From an uncultured Planctomycetaceae bacterium (lineage in GTDB: Bacteria > Planctomycetota > Planctomycetia > Planctomycetales > Planctomycetaceae): a DNA stretch of 64,000 nucleotides. The notes beneath the pieces are model-generated. The model was not told the origin of the DNA, did no database searches, and saw only the letters and a list, made by a program, of their open reading frames with translations. Where the stretch lies: the NCBI GenBank assembly GCA_963815195.1, contig CAWFGE010000023.1, forward strand, positions 64,001 to 128,000, in the 5' to 3' direction. Below, piece after piece: positions 35,189-47,061 of this stretch. The position numbers and the translations under genes are program-made. The number at the start of each line of letters is the position of its first letter. Positions within the stretch are counted from its first letter, which is position 1.

Positions 35189-36943
35189 ATGCCAGACCAG
35201 AGCGCGCCGAATTTCTATCAACTCATGCTCGGATTGCCGGCGGATGTGACCGCGCCGGACCATTATCAGCTCTTAGGGCTGGAACGGTTTGCGGAGGGGA
35301 ACGAAGCCATCCGAGCGGCCGCGGCGGATCAGAACGGGAAGCTGTTGAGCTGGCAGAATTCCAAGTATTACAAGGAAGCCGGGCGGCTGATGCTGGAGTT
35401 GGCCAAAGCCCGCGGGGTGCTGCTCAATCCCGAACAAAAGCTCGCCTATGACGAAGAACTGGGAGGCTTCGACGAGCCTGTGATCCTTTTGGAGGAGGCT
35501 GCGGACGAAGAGCCGATCGTCTTAACTGCCGTGGCCGAGGAACCGCGGCCGGTCGCGGCCCGGCCGAGGCGACCCCGGCGACCCGCCGCCCGCCGCGAAA
35601 TGCGCCGCCGGGCCGCGCGGGCATTTCGGTTCCCCGCCCAATGGAGCGTAATCGTCGGCAGCGTGCTGAGCGTGTTGGGCATCGGAGCGCTCGCCTGGTC
35701 CGCGTGGAATGGACGGGAGAGAGCGCCCTCAGCAGTTCCGCTCTCGGTGAATGGCGAGAATGTTTCCGGCAAAAATTCCGCGCCGGGCAATGCGGTCCCC
35801 ATCGCGAACACGCCGGACGGGAACGCCCCGCCGCTGGCGGTGGCTCCGTTTGATGAACCCGCCGCCGCCCTGCACCAGGCGGCCTGGGCGAAGCATGAAA
35901 ACGTCCCGGTGGAAGCCGAGACTTCCATCGGCATGAAGTTGCGGTTAATTCCTGCGGGCGAGTTCTTGATGGGCATCCCGCTCGGTGAACCCGGCCCCCG
36001 CACGGGTGCACCGCCGCATCGCGTGCGGATCACCCGGCCCTTTTATCTCAGCCGGAATGAAGTCACCACGGAGCATTATGTGCAAGTGTTGGGAAACTCG
36101 GCCCCGTTGTCCCGGTCGGCCCAGGCCCAACTCGATTTCCAGCGGGACTGGCCGATGCTGAAAGTCACGTTGTACGACGCCATGAACTTCTGCAATCGGC
36201 TCAGCGAAGAAGAAGGGCGGCCGCCCTATTACACTCTGGAAAACACATCTCAGTTGGCCGGCAGCAACCTGGGAACGAGGACGATCCGCACGGCGACATT
36301 CAAAATCAACGGGGGACCGGGCTATCGCTTGGCCACCGAAGCGGAGTGGGAATTCGCCTGCCGGGCCGGGACGACGACGGCCACGCATTTCGGCGATTCG
36401 CTCTCGGTGGGCCAGGCCAATATCCTTATGGGGTATGGCAAAAATGGCGGTGCCCCGAACACGGGACCACGGCGCACCCAGCCCGTGGGTTCTTATAAGC
36501 CAAACGCATTCGGCCTTTACGACATGCACGGAAACGCCGACGAGTGGTGCATCGATGCGCTGTCCCACAGGATCGAAAACCGTCCCCTCGTCGAAGATCC
36601 CCTTGTCGAGCGTTCCAATCAATCCTCGGGCATGTTTTGTGTTCGCGGCGGGAGTTTTCTTAGCCCCGGCGAGTTGTGCCGGTCCGGGTTCCGCCGGGGC
36701 CTGCCGCCGGAGGCGATGACCGCTCCCGTGGGCATCCGCGTGGCCCGCGATGTTTCCGGGCCGCTCCCAAAGGCCGCGAAGATTTTCGGCTCTCCGCAAA
36801 CTTCCGAAACAGCGAAAGTCGAAACGCCGGCCGATGCCGATGCCTCCAACGCACGGCCACTCGCCAAGAACCCTTTCGACGCGGAACAAGCGGCGCAGCA
36901 TCAGGCCGCCTGGGCGAATTTTATCTTGGCGCGCATGAAGTGA
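35189..36943 (+). CDS. Membrane-anchored FGE-sulfatase (SUMF1/EgtB) domain protein
   Basis: N-terminal DHYQLLGL domain, TM helix, IPAGEFLMG, TEAEWEFACRAG, PNAFGLYDMHGN, RGGSF, GIRVAR. Confidence 0.85.
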   Translation: MPDQSAPNFYQLMLGLPADVTAPDHYQLLGLERFAEGNEAIRAAAADQNGKLLSWQNSKYYKEAGRLMLELAKARGVLLNPEQKLAYDEELGGFDEPVILLEEAADEEPIVLTAVAEEPRPVAARPRRPRRPAARREMRRRAARAFRFPAQWSVIVGSVLSVLGIGALAWSAWNGRERAPSAVPLSVNGENVSGKNSAPGNAVPIANTPDGNAPPLAVAPFDEPAAALHQAAWAKHENVPVEAETSIGMKLRLIPAGEFLMGIPLGEPGPRTGAPPHRVRITRPFYLSRNEVTTEHYVQVLGNSAPLSRSAQAQLDFQRDWPMLKVTLYDAMNFCNRLSEEEGRPPYYTLENTSQLAGSNLGTRTIRTATFKINGGPGYRLATEAEWEFACRAGTTTATHFGDSLSVGQANILMGYGKNGGAPNTGPRRTQPVGSYKPNAFGLYDMHGNADEWCIDALSHRIENRPLVEDPLVERSNQSSGMFCVRGGSFLSPGELCRSGFRRGLPPEAMTAPVGIRVARDVSGPLPKAAKIFGSPQTSETAKVETPADADASNARPLAKNPFDAEQAAQHQAAWANFILARMK

Positions 36944-37169
36944 CGACCGGCATGATCTCGGATTTTATCTGAGATCGCCCATCGAGGATCCGGTGTGCGA
37001 AAAAGCATCTAACCTATGTGTGGTTCGCGGGGGATCGTTTCGGGGGAGTTATCACTGCCGATCCGCGTTTCGTGGTTTTGACCTGGAGCAGGATGTGGCA
37101 GATATTGGCTTTCGCGTCGCGCGGAGTCTCCAGGAACCGGCTTTGACAGACTCAACGGATGTCCCTTGA
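36850..37169 (+). pseudogene. Collapsed second FGE-sulfatase domain (internal deletions)
   Basis: Fragments PFDAEQAAQHQAAWA / FYLGAHEVT / SPIEDP..CVVRGGSF..CRSAFR..IGFRVAR lie in order in changing frames. Confidence 0.7.
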
Positions 37170-37303
37170 AACCGAATCGGTTCTTCACGCGGATTGCCGG
37201 CCCAAAGCGTCGTCGGTCAGAAACGGTTCTCGTTCGGCATCATCCCTTTCAGCACGTCCATCGCGGCTTTTGCATCGCCCTCTTCAATCGCCTTTTCGAC
37301 CGC

Positions 37304-37810
37304 TTAGCGCGTCGGTTGCGAGATCTGCTCGATCGACAAGAGCGCGATGCGGGCCAATCGGCGTTCGACACCGCGGGCGGCTTCGCGCAATGCGGGCAGG
37401 GCTTCCCGGGCGTCCGGGCCGATTTTGCCCAAGGCCCACGCCGCCCGCTGCCGACTGTGCGAGTGGGGATTGTGGCGAAGCGCATCAATGAGGATCGGCA
37501 CGGCGGGGGCGGCGTCCGCTTGCAATCGGCCCAGAAGCGTAATCGCCCAGTACGAGACGTCCGCATCTTCGGCCGACACCAGCCCGCGAAGCGCGTTCAA
37601 ATCGCCCGCGGCGGGAACGCCGATGCTCTCGAGCGCCACGACCACCCACTCCCGCACGCTTTCGTTCGTGGTCCCAACCGCGTGCACCAAAGGCACCGCC
37701 GCGGATTGGGCGTCGCATCCCATTTGGGCCAAGCGCTGGGCGGCCTCGGCCTTCACCACCACATTGGGCGAGTCGAGTTTTTCAACGCACTTCGAAACAT
37801 CGGCCGGCAT
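37304..37810 (-). CDS. HEAT-repeat protein
   Basis: AAQRLAQMG, AITLLGRL, AAWALGKIGPDAREALPAL repeats. Confidence 0.8.
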   Translation of the reverse strand: MPADVSKCVEKLDSPNVVVKAEAAQRLAQMGCDAQSAAVPLVHAVGTTNESVREWVVVALESIGVPAAGDLNALRGLVSAEDADVSYWAITLLGRLQADAAPAVPILIDALRHNPHSHSRQRAAWALGKIGPDAREALPALREAARGVERRLARIALLSIEQISQPTR

Positions 37811-37895
37811 TACTTGCAGATTCCGTTCAAAAGCCAAGTGGAAAGGGAGTCAACGCAAATGCACAAAAGAGGCGCAAAGGAAGAACAATCAATCA

Positions 37896-39401
37896 TCAAC
37901 TGATCCAGCGGTCGAGGACGTTGCCGCCTACGTCGGTCAGGCGGAAATCTCGGCCTTGGAAACGATGCGTCAGCCGCAGGTGATCGAGGCCGAACAGCTT
38001 GAGCATCGTGGCGTGCATGTCGTTGATGTGGACGGGATCCTTGGACGGTGCCCAGCCGATCTCGTCGGTCTCGCCGTAAACCTGGCCGCCCTTGATGCCC
38101 CCGCCCGCCAAAAGCACGCTGAAGGCGAACGGATGATGGTCGCGGCCGGTGTTGGCGTCGCGGCCGCCGCGGTTTTCGCCCAAGGGCGTGCGGCCGAACT
38201 CGGCTCCCCAAACCACGAGCGTTTCATCCAGGAGGCCGCGCTCTTTGAGGTCTTTGATCAGGGCCTTAACGGGTTGGTCGCTCATCCCGGCGTTGTAGGT
38301 CAGTTCCTTGTCCAGATTGGAATGGTGGTCCCAACTGGCGTGGATGATGTTCACGAACCGCACGCCGCGCTCGACCATCCGCCGGGCGAGCAGGCAGTTC
38401 TTGGCGAAGGTCTGGTAAGTGTCGGCCCCGCCGCTGCCCCGCGCTCCGAACTTGGGCGTCTCGCGATTGACGCCGTAGGCTTCGAGCGTCGCTTTCGTTT
38501 CGCCGGAGAGATCGATCAATTCGGGAGCGGACGTCTGCATGCGAAACGCCAATTCGTAGCTTGCAATTCGGCTGGCGATTTCCGGGTCGCGGGTTTGCTC
38601 GAACCGGGCCTGGTTGACGTTGCGGAGCACATCCAGACCCTTCCGCTGAAGCTCTGCCGGCAACCCGTCGGGATTGCCCAGATTCAACACCGGATCGCCC
38701 TGGTTCCGAAACCTAACGCCCGCATAGACCGACGGCAGAAACCCGCTTTGCCAGAGCGTCGCCCCGCCGCTGGAACCCCGCCCGGCCGTGAGCACCACAT
38801 AACCCGGCAGGTTTTGGGATTCGCTGCCCAGCCCATACGTCAGCCAGGAACCCATCGAGGGCAGCCCGAACGCCGCCCGGCCGCATTGCATCAGCAGTTG
38901 GCCGGGGTGATGGTTGAACTGATCGGTATGCATGCTGCGTACCAAGAGGAGTTCGTCCGCGACGCCTCCCAGGTGCGGGAGCAGATCGGAAAACTCCATC
39001 CCGCTTTCGCCGTGCTTTTTGAAGGTGCGCTTGGAACCCAAAAGCGTGGCGGAGTCTTTTTGGATGAAGGCGAACCGCACGTTTTTGAGCATCGACTCCG
39101 GCAGCTTCTGCCCGTGCATTTCGTTGAGCTTGGGCTTGGGATCGAACAGATCGATCTGGCTCGGGGCCCCCGCCATGAAGATAAAAATGCACGCCTTGGC
39201 CTTCGGCTGGAAATGCGGCTCTTTGGGAGCCAATGGATTATCGGCAGCCGCCGCAGTGTTTGCCGCGCGAACGGTCTCGGGCGTCAACACCCCGTCGGCG
39301 GCGAGCATTCCACCCAAGCCCAGCATGCCCAGGCCGCTCGCAGTGCTGGTGAGAAAATCCCGGCGAGTGTGATCGGCGAGAGAAATTTCAAAAGGCGACA
39401 T
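37896..39401 (-). CDS. DUF1501 protein (Tat-exported)
   Basis: TRRDFL, AKACIFIFMAGAPSQIDLFD, WDHH, EFGRTP, GRDHHP. Confidence 0.93.
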   Translation of the reverse strand: MSPFEISLADHTRRDFLTSTASGLGMLGLGGMLAADGVLTPETVRAANTAAAADNPLAPKEPHFQPKAKACIFIFMAGAPSQIDLFDPKPKLNEMHGQKLPESMLKNVRFAFIQKDSATLLGSKRTFKKHGESGMEFSDLLPHLGGVADELLLVRSMHTDQFNHHPGQLLMQCGRAAFGLPSMGSWLTYGLGSESQNLPGYVVLTAGRGSSGGATLWQSGFLPSVYAGVRFRNQGDPVLNLGNPDGLPAELQRKGLDVLRNVNQARFEQTRDPEIASRIASYELAFRMQTSAPELIDLSGETKATLEAYGVNRETPKFGARGSGGADTYQTFAKNCLLARRMVERGVRFVNIIHASWDHHSNLDKELTYNAGMSDQPVKALIKDLKERGLLDETLVVWGAEFGRTPLGENRGGRDANTGRDHHPFAFSVLLAGGGIKGGQVYGETDEIGWAPSKDPVHINDMHATMLKLFGLDHLRLTHRFQGRDFRLTDVGGNVLDRWIS

Positions 39402-39419
39402 GTTTCGGGTTCCTCAAAA

Positions 39420-40073
39420 TCAATCGTTCCACTTGTCGGCCTCGGCCAATAGTTTCGCGAAAGGCAACTCAAAGCCCGGCAATAAATCCGTCTGGTAGGT
39501 TTCGGCTTCTTTAACGACGCGGATGTTCGACCCGTCGGGACCCGGAGAATAAACCGTCATCGTGCGGTCAAAACGGTCGATGATCCAGTATTCCTTGACG
39601 CCCGCGGCGAGGTACTCGTCCCGTTTGGTTTCGTAATCGCGAATCCAATTCCGTTTCCCCGCCGAGACGAACTCCACGGCAATCGTGGGCACATCCACGC
39701 GCGGGTCCGGCAATCGACCGAGCCCCGCCCAAATCACGCGGTCGGGTTGCCGACGGCTGTTTTCGAGATGGATGTAGCGTTCCGGGAGGGTTTCATCCAG
39801 CGCGGATCCTTCGGGATGCTGATATTTGTAATGTTGCAGAAGATAGCCCAAATAGTCATTCGGCCCGGCTTGACCTTCGAGAGGAATCGGATTCACAACC
39901 AAGACTCCGTTGACCAATTCGTAGCGGTAGAGTTCATCGTAGTCCTCGATGGCATCGAATTCCTCCGGCGACATCCGCAACCCCGCCGTCTCCCAACCGA
40001 TCGGCGGCAGGGTTTGCCCGGTTGAAATCTTCTGTTGCGTTTCGGCGGTGGTCATATTTGGCTCCTTCATCAT
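39420..40073 (-). CDS. Uma2-family (PD-(D/E)XK-like) putative endonuclease
   Basis: YELVNGVL, RQPD, PTIAVEFVS, KRDEYLAAGVKEYWIID, LLPGFEL. Confidence 0.9.
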   Translation of the reverse strand: MMKEPNMTTAETQQKISTGQTLPPIGWETAGLRMSPEEFDAIEDYDELYRYELVNGVLVVNPIPLEGQAGPNDYLGYLLQHYKYQHPEGSALDETLPERYIHLENSRRQPDRVIWAGLGRLPDPRVDVPTIAVEFVSAGKRNWIRDYETKRDEYLAAGVKEYWIIDRFDRTMTVYSPGPDGSNIRVVKEAETYQTDLLPGFELPFAKLLAEADKWND

Positions 40074-43000
40074 TCCCGCGTTACGAATTCGTCCATGTTC
40101 ATCATAATCCGCAGCGTGGCGACCCAGGCGGCGGTTTCATTCGGATCTGTCTCTTTCGGCGGTTCGGGGCCGATGAGTTTTTTCGCGGCCTCGGTTTGAT
40201 TCTTGTAATAAGCCCGGCTCGCCTCCAAGAGTTCCCGGTAGGATTTTAGTTCGTCCTCCGCCGGCGGGCGGGCGACGCACAACCGGAAGGCGCGGGTCAA
40301 GCGGGAATCGTCATTAGGATGTTTTTCGGTCAGCACTCGGCGGGCCATCGCCTGGGCCGATTCCACGAACACCATATTGTTCAATGTGGTCAATGCCATC
40401 AGCGGGGTGTTGGAAGTTCGGCGTTCCACCGTCGTCGTGTTGGCGTCCGGGCAGTCGAAGGTCATCAGGTTGGGATAAGGGGCCGTGCGTTTGAAGAACG
40501 TATACATCCCCCGCCGATGCCGGTCCTCGCCTTCGCTCGTGTTCCATTTGAAGTTGTTGGCATAACTCAGGGCTGCAACGTCGGAGGGCATGGGCGGGAA
40601 GACGCTGGGGCCGCCGACTTTCTTCGAGAGCAAACCCGAAGCCGCGAGGAAGATGTCGCGAACGATCTCCGCCTCGACGCGGAAGCGGTTCTGGCGGGAG
40701 AGCAGTTTGTTCTGTGGATCGATCTCGGCCAATTCGGGCCGATGCCGGGACGATTGCCGATACGTCGCGGACATCACGATGGAGCGGATCATTGCCTTGC
40801 GGCTCCAACCGAGTTCGCGGTATTTCGTCGCCAGGTGATCGAGCAGCAGCGGATGCGTGGGCTTCTCGCCGCGGAGGCCGAAGTCGTTCATCGTGCTCAC
40901 CAAACCCTGGCCGAACAGGTGCTGCCAGATTTGGTTGACCAACACCCGGCCGGTGAGCGGATTGTCATCGGCCATCAGCCAGTTGGCGAAGTCCAACCGG
41001 TCCGGCGGAGACTTGGGATTTCGGGATGGAATGGCGGGCAAGACGGCGGGCGTGTCCGGCGGGACTTCCCCCTGCGGCTGCAAGAAATCCCCGCGCCTTA
41101 AAATGTGCGTCGTCCGGGGCGAGGTGGTTCGCTGGCTCAACACCCGCACGGCCATGTTCGGACTTTTCGGGCGCGTTTTTCCAGTTCGGTGAGTTGCAGT
41201 TTGAGCTTCTGGGCTTCTTCATCTTGCGAGGCGTAAAAACTCAAAAGCGTTTCCGTTTGCTCTTTGGTGCGATCTTTGGGAGCGACGGTGAGGATTTCGC
41301 GGATCTGTTTGGGGATGCCCGCTCCGGGAACGCTGCCGGTGCGAGCCTGGAGTTTGAACCGGCCGATCGTGTGCTGCTGGCCGTATTGATGATCGAGTTC
41401 GATCTTCAGAAATGTTTCTTCGCCCATTGCCATAACGGGCTTCGCGGCCCGAAACACGGCCCAATGCGACTTGCCGAATTGGGGGAAACCGCCCAGCCTT
41501 TTTTGGGATCGGACTTGGTTTTGAGCGCCAATTTGGGATCGAACCCGTTCTGGGCGAAGTCGGCCTCCGCGTCCGTGAGTTCCATCCGTTTCGCATGCTG
41601 CAGGCTTTGCGACTGATCGGTAAAAACGCGAATCTCGCTGAGCACAAAATTCCCATGCGCCACCCGCCCGGGACCGCCCGCGGGCAGGCGTTTGTCAGAA
41701 AGCACATCGAGCCGGACGCCCGTCAAACCCGTGACCGGCACCTTGGCGATGATCGTGTAAAGATCGGTTGCGGGATTCTTGCCGGTGACGAGATACGAGC
41801 CGTCCTCCTGCCGGACCAGCTTGGCTCCCGATTGCGTCTTGGCTTCGAGGACGTCCAGCTCATGAAACGCCACCGCGGATTTGGGTTCGTTTTCGAGTTG
41901 CTTTTTCAGCTTGGCTTCCCACTCGGGCAGGGTCTTCGAAAGCTCGGCTTTGCGGGCTTCGAACTTGGCTTTCTGGTCTTCGACGAGTTTGTCGTGGATG
42001 GCTTTTTGCGTTTCGTAGCGGAGGGCGGCCTCGTCGCTGATGGGCACGTTCGTGTTCGTCTCATCCGCGTTGTTGAAGAATGCGAAGAGCTGATAGAACT
42101 CCGCCTGCGAGAGTGGATCGTACTTATGGGAATGGCAGCGGGCGCAGCCCACCGTGAGGCCCAGCCAAACCGTGCCGGTCGTGTTCACGCGATCGACCAC
42201 CGCTTCTACGCGGAACTCTTCCTGATCGGTCCCGCCTTCGGTGTTGGTCAACGTCTGCCGGTGAAACGCTGTCGCCAGTTGGTCCATCGGCGTCGCCTCC
42301 TTGAGTAAGTCGCCGGCCAACTGCTCGCGGGTGAATTGATCGAAAGGCATGTCGGCGTTGATCGCCTCGATCACCCAATCGCGATACCGCCAGGCGTTCG
42401 GCCGCGGGCGGTCTTTTTCGTAGCCGTCGGAGTCGGCATAGCGGGCCTTGTCGAGCCAATGCCGGCCCCAGCGCTCGCCGAAGTGCGGCGATTCGAGCAG
42501 CCGATCCACCAGCTTCGCGTAAGCGTCTTCGGACGGATCGCTCAGGAAGGCATCCGCCTCTTCCGGCGTAGGCGGCAGGCCGACGAGATCATAAGACAAG
42601 CGTTTGATGAGCGTGTAACGCTCCGCCTCCGGCGATGGGGCGAGGCCCTCTTTCTCCAAACGGGCCAAGACGAACCGGTCTAAATCGTTCCGCACCCACG
42701 CGGCGTTTTTCACTTGGGGTGGCGGGGGATTTTCGATCGGTCGAAAGGCCCAATGATCGGATTTGACGACGAGCCGGGATCCATCGTCGGGCCATTTCGC
42801 GCCCTGATCGATCCAGCGTTTGATGAGGGCGAGTTGGTTTTTGGAAAGCGGTTTGTTTTTCTCGCCGGCGGGCGGCATGCGGACGGATTCATCGCCGGCC
42901 GAGACCCGCGAATAGATTTCGCTCTTCTCGCTTTTGCCGGCGGTGAGCAGCGGCCCCGAATCGCCGCCGCGGAGAGCCGTCGCCCGGTGATCGAGCCGCA

Positions 43001-43214
43001 GTCCGCCTTCCTGCTTGTCGGGGCCGTGGCATTTCTGGCAGTGGGCCTGGAAGATCGGCCGGACGTCGCGGCCAAAGTCCACGGCATCGGATTGAACCTT
43101 ATCGTCGGCGGGTTTCGCGTCATCCGCCGACAGGCCGGATTTCAGCGACCAGCCCAGCGTCAAGGTGGCGGCGAACACGATCCAGCAAAAAATAAAGTTA
43201 CGACGAGTTCGCAT
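40070..43214 (-). CDS. Planctomycete cytochrome c + DUF1549 + DUF1553 protein (two frameshifts, near 41483 and 41170)
   Basis: CQKCHG, FGERWGRHWLDKARYADS, CARCHSHKYDP, VLVNQIW, FRVEAEIVRD, RRGMY spread over three ORFs; each joins by adding one C to a C-run. Confidence 0.9.
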
Positions 43215-43450
43215 GACCCACTCCCGGAGGTTTTAAGGAGACGGCAAACAGGTAGGACATCGAGGCGGGCTCGTGGTGTTTTTCATCGAACCGGCGGGCC
43301 GCGGGCGGCTCGTTGCCGAGGCGACCGAAACCGGCCGACTGAAACTCAATTATCCCAATGCACCCCAGGATCGCAAGGCCGGCGGATTGGGCGGCACATC
43401 CCTGAGCGCAGCGAAGAGCGTGACGACCGCGAAGACCACGCAAAATCGCC

Positions 43451-44842
43451 CTATGAAGCTTTCCTGGTTTCCGCCGGCAAACCGGGCCAATCTTCGGACG
43501 CGGCCGGTGTCAGCGGCAGGGCGATGGGGATCGTCTCCAAACCGGGGGCGAGTGGTTCCGGCCGCTGGGCGGGCGTGTCGCTGATGCGCTGGATATTCGC
43601 CCCCAAATAGTTGAGCTTGGCTTCCAGTCGGTCGTAGCCCCGGTCGAGATGGTAAATCCGGCGGATGACGGTTTCGCCCTCCGCTTGAAGGCCGGCGATC
43701 ACGAGGGCCGCACTCGCCCGCAGATCGGACGCCATGACCGAGGCTCCGCTCAGACGCGGGCTCCCGGTGAGGATCGCGCTCGGCCCCTCCCGGCGGATCT
43801 GCGCCCCCAGGCGGACCAGTTCGGGGGCGTGCAGGAAACGGTCGGGGAAGACCTTGTCCGTGACCACGCTGATTCCCTCCGCCCGCATGAGCAACGCCAT
43901 GAGTTGGGCCTGCACGTCGGTGGGAATCCCCGGATAGGGTTGGGCCACGCAGTCCGCCGGCCTGAGCGGGCCTTCGCTGCGTACGGAAACCGTGCCCCGA
44001 GGCGTTGGTTCGATGAGGACGCCGATCTCGCGAAGCTTCTCGACGATCGCGGTCATGTGGGCCAGGTCGACGTGCTCGAGTTCGATGTCTCCGCCCGTCG
44101 CCGCGGCGGCGATCATCAAGGTCGCGGCTTCGATGCGGTCGGGGATGACCGCATGCGAAACGCCCTCCAGTTTCTCCACGCCTTCGATCTTCAAAAATGG
44201 CGTTCCCAATCCCGCGATCTTCGCGCCCATCGCATTTAAAAATCGGCCCAGATCAACGACCTCCGGCTCGCAGGCGGCGGCTTCGATTGTGGTCGTTCCT
44301 TCCGCCAAGGCCGCGGCGGCCATCACATTGCAGGTCCCGGTGACCGTGCTGCCGAAGGGTCCGCCCAGGAAAATGTTCGCGCCCTGAAGACGCTTCGCCT
44401 CGGCCACGACGTAGCCCCGCTGCACGTGGATGTCGGCTCCCAAGGCTTTGAGGCCTTTGAGGTGCAGATCGATCGGCCGGTCGCCGATGTTGCAGCCGCC
44501 GGGCAGCGACACACAGGCCCGGCCGCGCTTCGCCAACAAGGGGCCGAGCACGCACACGCTGGCTCGCATCCGTCGGACGAGATCATACGCCGCGATCGAA
44601 GAGGATTCGTCCTCGACTTCCAGCCGGAGTGTTCCGTCGGTAAGCCGCTCCACATCAACGCCCAACGACCGCAGGAGCTGCGAAAGCGTGTCCACATCCA
44701 CCAAGGGCGGGACGTTTCGCAACGTCACGGGTCCCTCCGCGCCGAGGGCACAGGCCATGATCGGCAGGGCCGCGTTTTTGGCCCCGCTGACCGCAGCGGT
44801 CCCCCGAAGCGGGGATCCTCCTTGGACCACGAACATGTCCAT
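43451..44842 (-). CDS. murA: UDP-N-acetylglucosamine 1-carboxyvinyltransferase
   Basis: [50 protein letters not shown]. Confidence 0.97.
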   Translation of the reverse strand: MDMFVVQGGSPLRGTAAVSGAKNAALPIMACALGAEGPVTLRNVPPLVDVDTLSQLLRSLGVDVERLTDGTLRLEVEDESSSIAAYDLVRRMRASVCVLGPLLAKRGRACVSLPGGCNIGDRPIDLHLKGLKALGADIHVQRGYVVAEAKRLQGANIFLGGPFGSTVTGTCNVMAAAALAEGTTTIEAAACEPEVVDLGRFLNAMGAKIAGLGTPFLKIEGVEKLEGVSHAVIPDRIEAATLMIAAAATGGDIELEHVDLAHMTAIVEKLREIGVLIEPTPRGTVSVRSEGPLRPADCVAQPYPGIPTDVQAQLMALLMRAEGISVVTDKVFPDRFLHAPELVRLGAQIRREGPSAILTGSPRLSGASVMASDLRASAALVIAGLQAEGETVIRRIYHLDRGYDRLEAKLNYLGANIQRISDTPAQRPEPLAPGLETIPIALPLTPAASEDWPGLPAETRKAS

Positions 44843-45045
44843 CCTTGAACTCCCTCCTCGGGATCTTCCCCATGTGGTTTGCGCCGCGGAGTACCATACC
44901 CGATTCGCACCCGGCTGGCGAGGGAAAATCTTTGAGCACCGGGCCGGCTGCATTTTCTCATTTTGCCCTGAAGTTCGGGGATGGGCTATAATTGAGAACG
45001 AGAGTCACGTGGGAATTGTGCTTGCGTTCCAGTGGGAGATGCCTT

Positions 45046-46760
45046 ATGTCCGCAGCCACGCCGCCTTGGGTGGACGGGTTGACGATCGGCCAAATGCTCC
45101 GCGAGAGCACCCGCCGCTTGGGCGATCGCGAGGCGCTCGTTTTCCCCCGATTGAAACCGGACGAATCGCCCCGCGAACCGGGCGAGGCGGGCGATTGTTT
45201 CCGCTTGAGTTTTCGCGAACTGGACATGCGGGTCGATCAGGTCGCGCGGGCGCTGTTGGCGCTTGGACTTCAAAAAGGTGAGCACGTCGCGGTCTGGGCG
45301 ACGAACTGGCCCCGCTGGGTGCTGCTCCAATTCGCGACCGCGCGGATCGGGGCGGTGCTGGTCACGATCAACCCCGCGTACCGCAAAGCGGAACTGGCGT
45401 ACGTCCTCAAGCAGTCCGATGCGAGCGTCCTGTTTCTCGTCGATGAGTTCCGCCGCTCCAACTATTTCGCAATCCTGAAAGAAGCGATCCTCGAACTGGC
45501 CGCTGCGGACGGGCAGTCGCTGGCACTCGAACATTTTCCGAGACTCAAACACATCATCGCCATGAAAGGCCCGCGGGAGGCGGGAATCGTCCCCTGGGAC
45601 GAGTTCTTGTCCCAGGCGGACATCATCGCCCCGGAGCAACTCGCGGCCCGCGAGCGCGAACTGCGCCCGCCGAGCCGATCAATATTCAATACACGTCGGG
45701 AACGACCGGCTTTCCCAAAGGGGCGATGCTCACGCACCGGAATCTGCTTTTGAACGCGTTTTACATCGGCGACTGCCAGAAGCTTTCGACAGACGACCGC
45801 ATTTGCGTGCCGGTGCCGTTTTATCATTGCTTCGGCTGCGTCCTGGGCGTGCTTGCGGCGGCGGTGCACGGGGCGGCGATGATCGTGCCGGCGGAGTATT
45901 TCGATCCGCTCGCCACGTTGGACGCCAGCGAACACGAGCGGGCGACGGCGATCTATGGCGTGCCCACGATGTTCATCGCCCAGTTGGAGCACCCGAGTTT
46001 TCGGGGACGGGATTTGTCACCCTTGCGGACGGGCATCATGGCGGGCAGTCCCTGTCCGATCGAGGTCATGAAGCGCGTCGTCTCCGACATGGGGGCCGAG
46101 GAAATCACGATCGCCTACGGCCAGACCGAAGCCTCCCCGGTCATCACGCAGACGCGGACCAACGACCCGCTCGAACTCCGCGTGAACACGGTGGGCCGGC
46201 CGATCCCGGGGATTGAAGTCAAGATCGTGGATCCCATCACCGGCGCGGCGCTGGGTGACGGCCGGCCGGGGGAACTTTGCACGCGCGGGCATGTGGTGAT
46301 GCTCGGCTATTACAACAATCCGGAGGCCACGCGTGAGGCGATCGACAAGGACGGCTGGCTGCACACGGGCGACCTGGCGGTCCGCCAAGCCGACGGCTAT
46401 TACCGCATCACGGGACGGATCAAAGACATGATCTGCCGCGGCGGCGAGAACATTTATCCCCGCGAGATCGAAGAGTTCCTGTATACGCATCCGGCGGTGC
46501 AGGACGTGGCGATCGTGGGAGTGCCGGACCCCAAGTTCGTGGAAGAGGTCGCCGCGTGGATTCGCTTGAAAGAAGGCAGCCAAACCACCGAAGACGACAT
46601 CCGCGCCTATTGCAAAGCGAACCTCGCGCACTACAAGGTCCCCAAGTACGTGCGGTTTGTCGCGGAATTTCCGCAAACCGTGACGGGGAAGATTCAGAAA
46701 TACCGCATTCGTGATATGATGATCCAGGAACTAGGCCTGAAAGAAGCCGAAACCGCATGA
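45046..46760 (+). CDS. Acyl-CoA synthetase / AMP-binding enzyme (frameshift near 45668)
   Basis: [15 protein letters not shown] restored by one [30 protein letters not shown]. Confidence 0.9.
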
Positions 46761-46811
46761 ACGACGCAGTTTTCAGGTTTCCGTTTTCGGTTGTTGAAAG
46801 GACAAATTCTA

Positions 46812-47054
46812 ATGAAATTGGTTTTTCGCGGCGGTTTATGGGATGGCGTTGAGTTGGAAACCCGCTTTGTTCCGCAGGAAATCCGCTTGAACGGGGTGAT
46901 TATCGACGACTCGGTTCAGGAAGAGGGTGTGATGCCGTCGCTGCGAAAGACCGTGTTGATGTCCCGCGTGGGCAAGCACCGCTACGAACTGGACGAGTTC
47001 GAAGGCCCCAACGAAGAGGTGGCCATCTACATCTACGAAGATACGTCGCAGTAA
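46812..47054 (+). CDS. Small hypothetical protein
   Basis: 80-aa ORF, MKLVFRGGLWDG, AAGGA RBS upstream. Confidence 0.6.
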   Translation: MKLVFRGGLWDGVELETRFVPQEIRLNGVIIDDSVQEEGVMPSLRKTVLMSRVGKHRYELDEFEGPNEEVAIYIYEDTSQ

Positions 47055-47061
47055 GCGCGGC

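Noticed and set aside
36630..37130. Diversity-generating retroelement (FGE/CLec-fold target plus a downstream similar segment as template repeat)
   Set aside because: The two segments are similar only at protein-motif level, the differences are not adenine-specific, and no reverse transcriptase is in the window
45046..46760. AMP-binding enzyme as the missing OleC/LstC
   Set aside because: About 18 kb away and looks like an ordinary fatty-acyl-CoA synthetase; nothing links it to the locus
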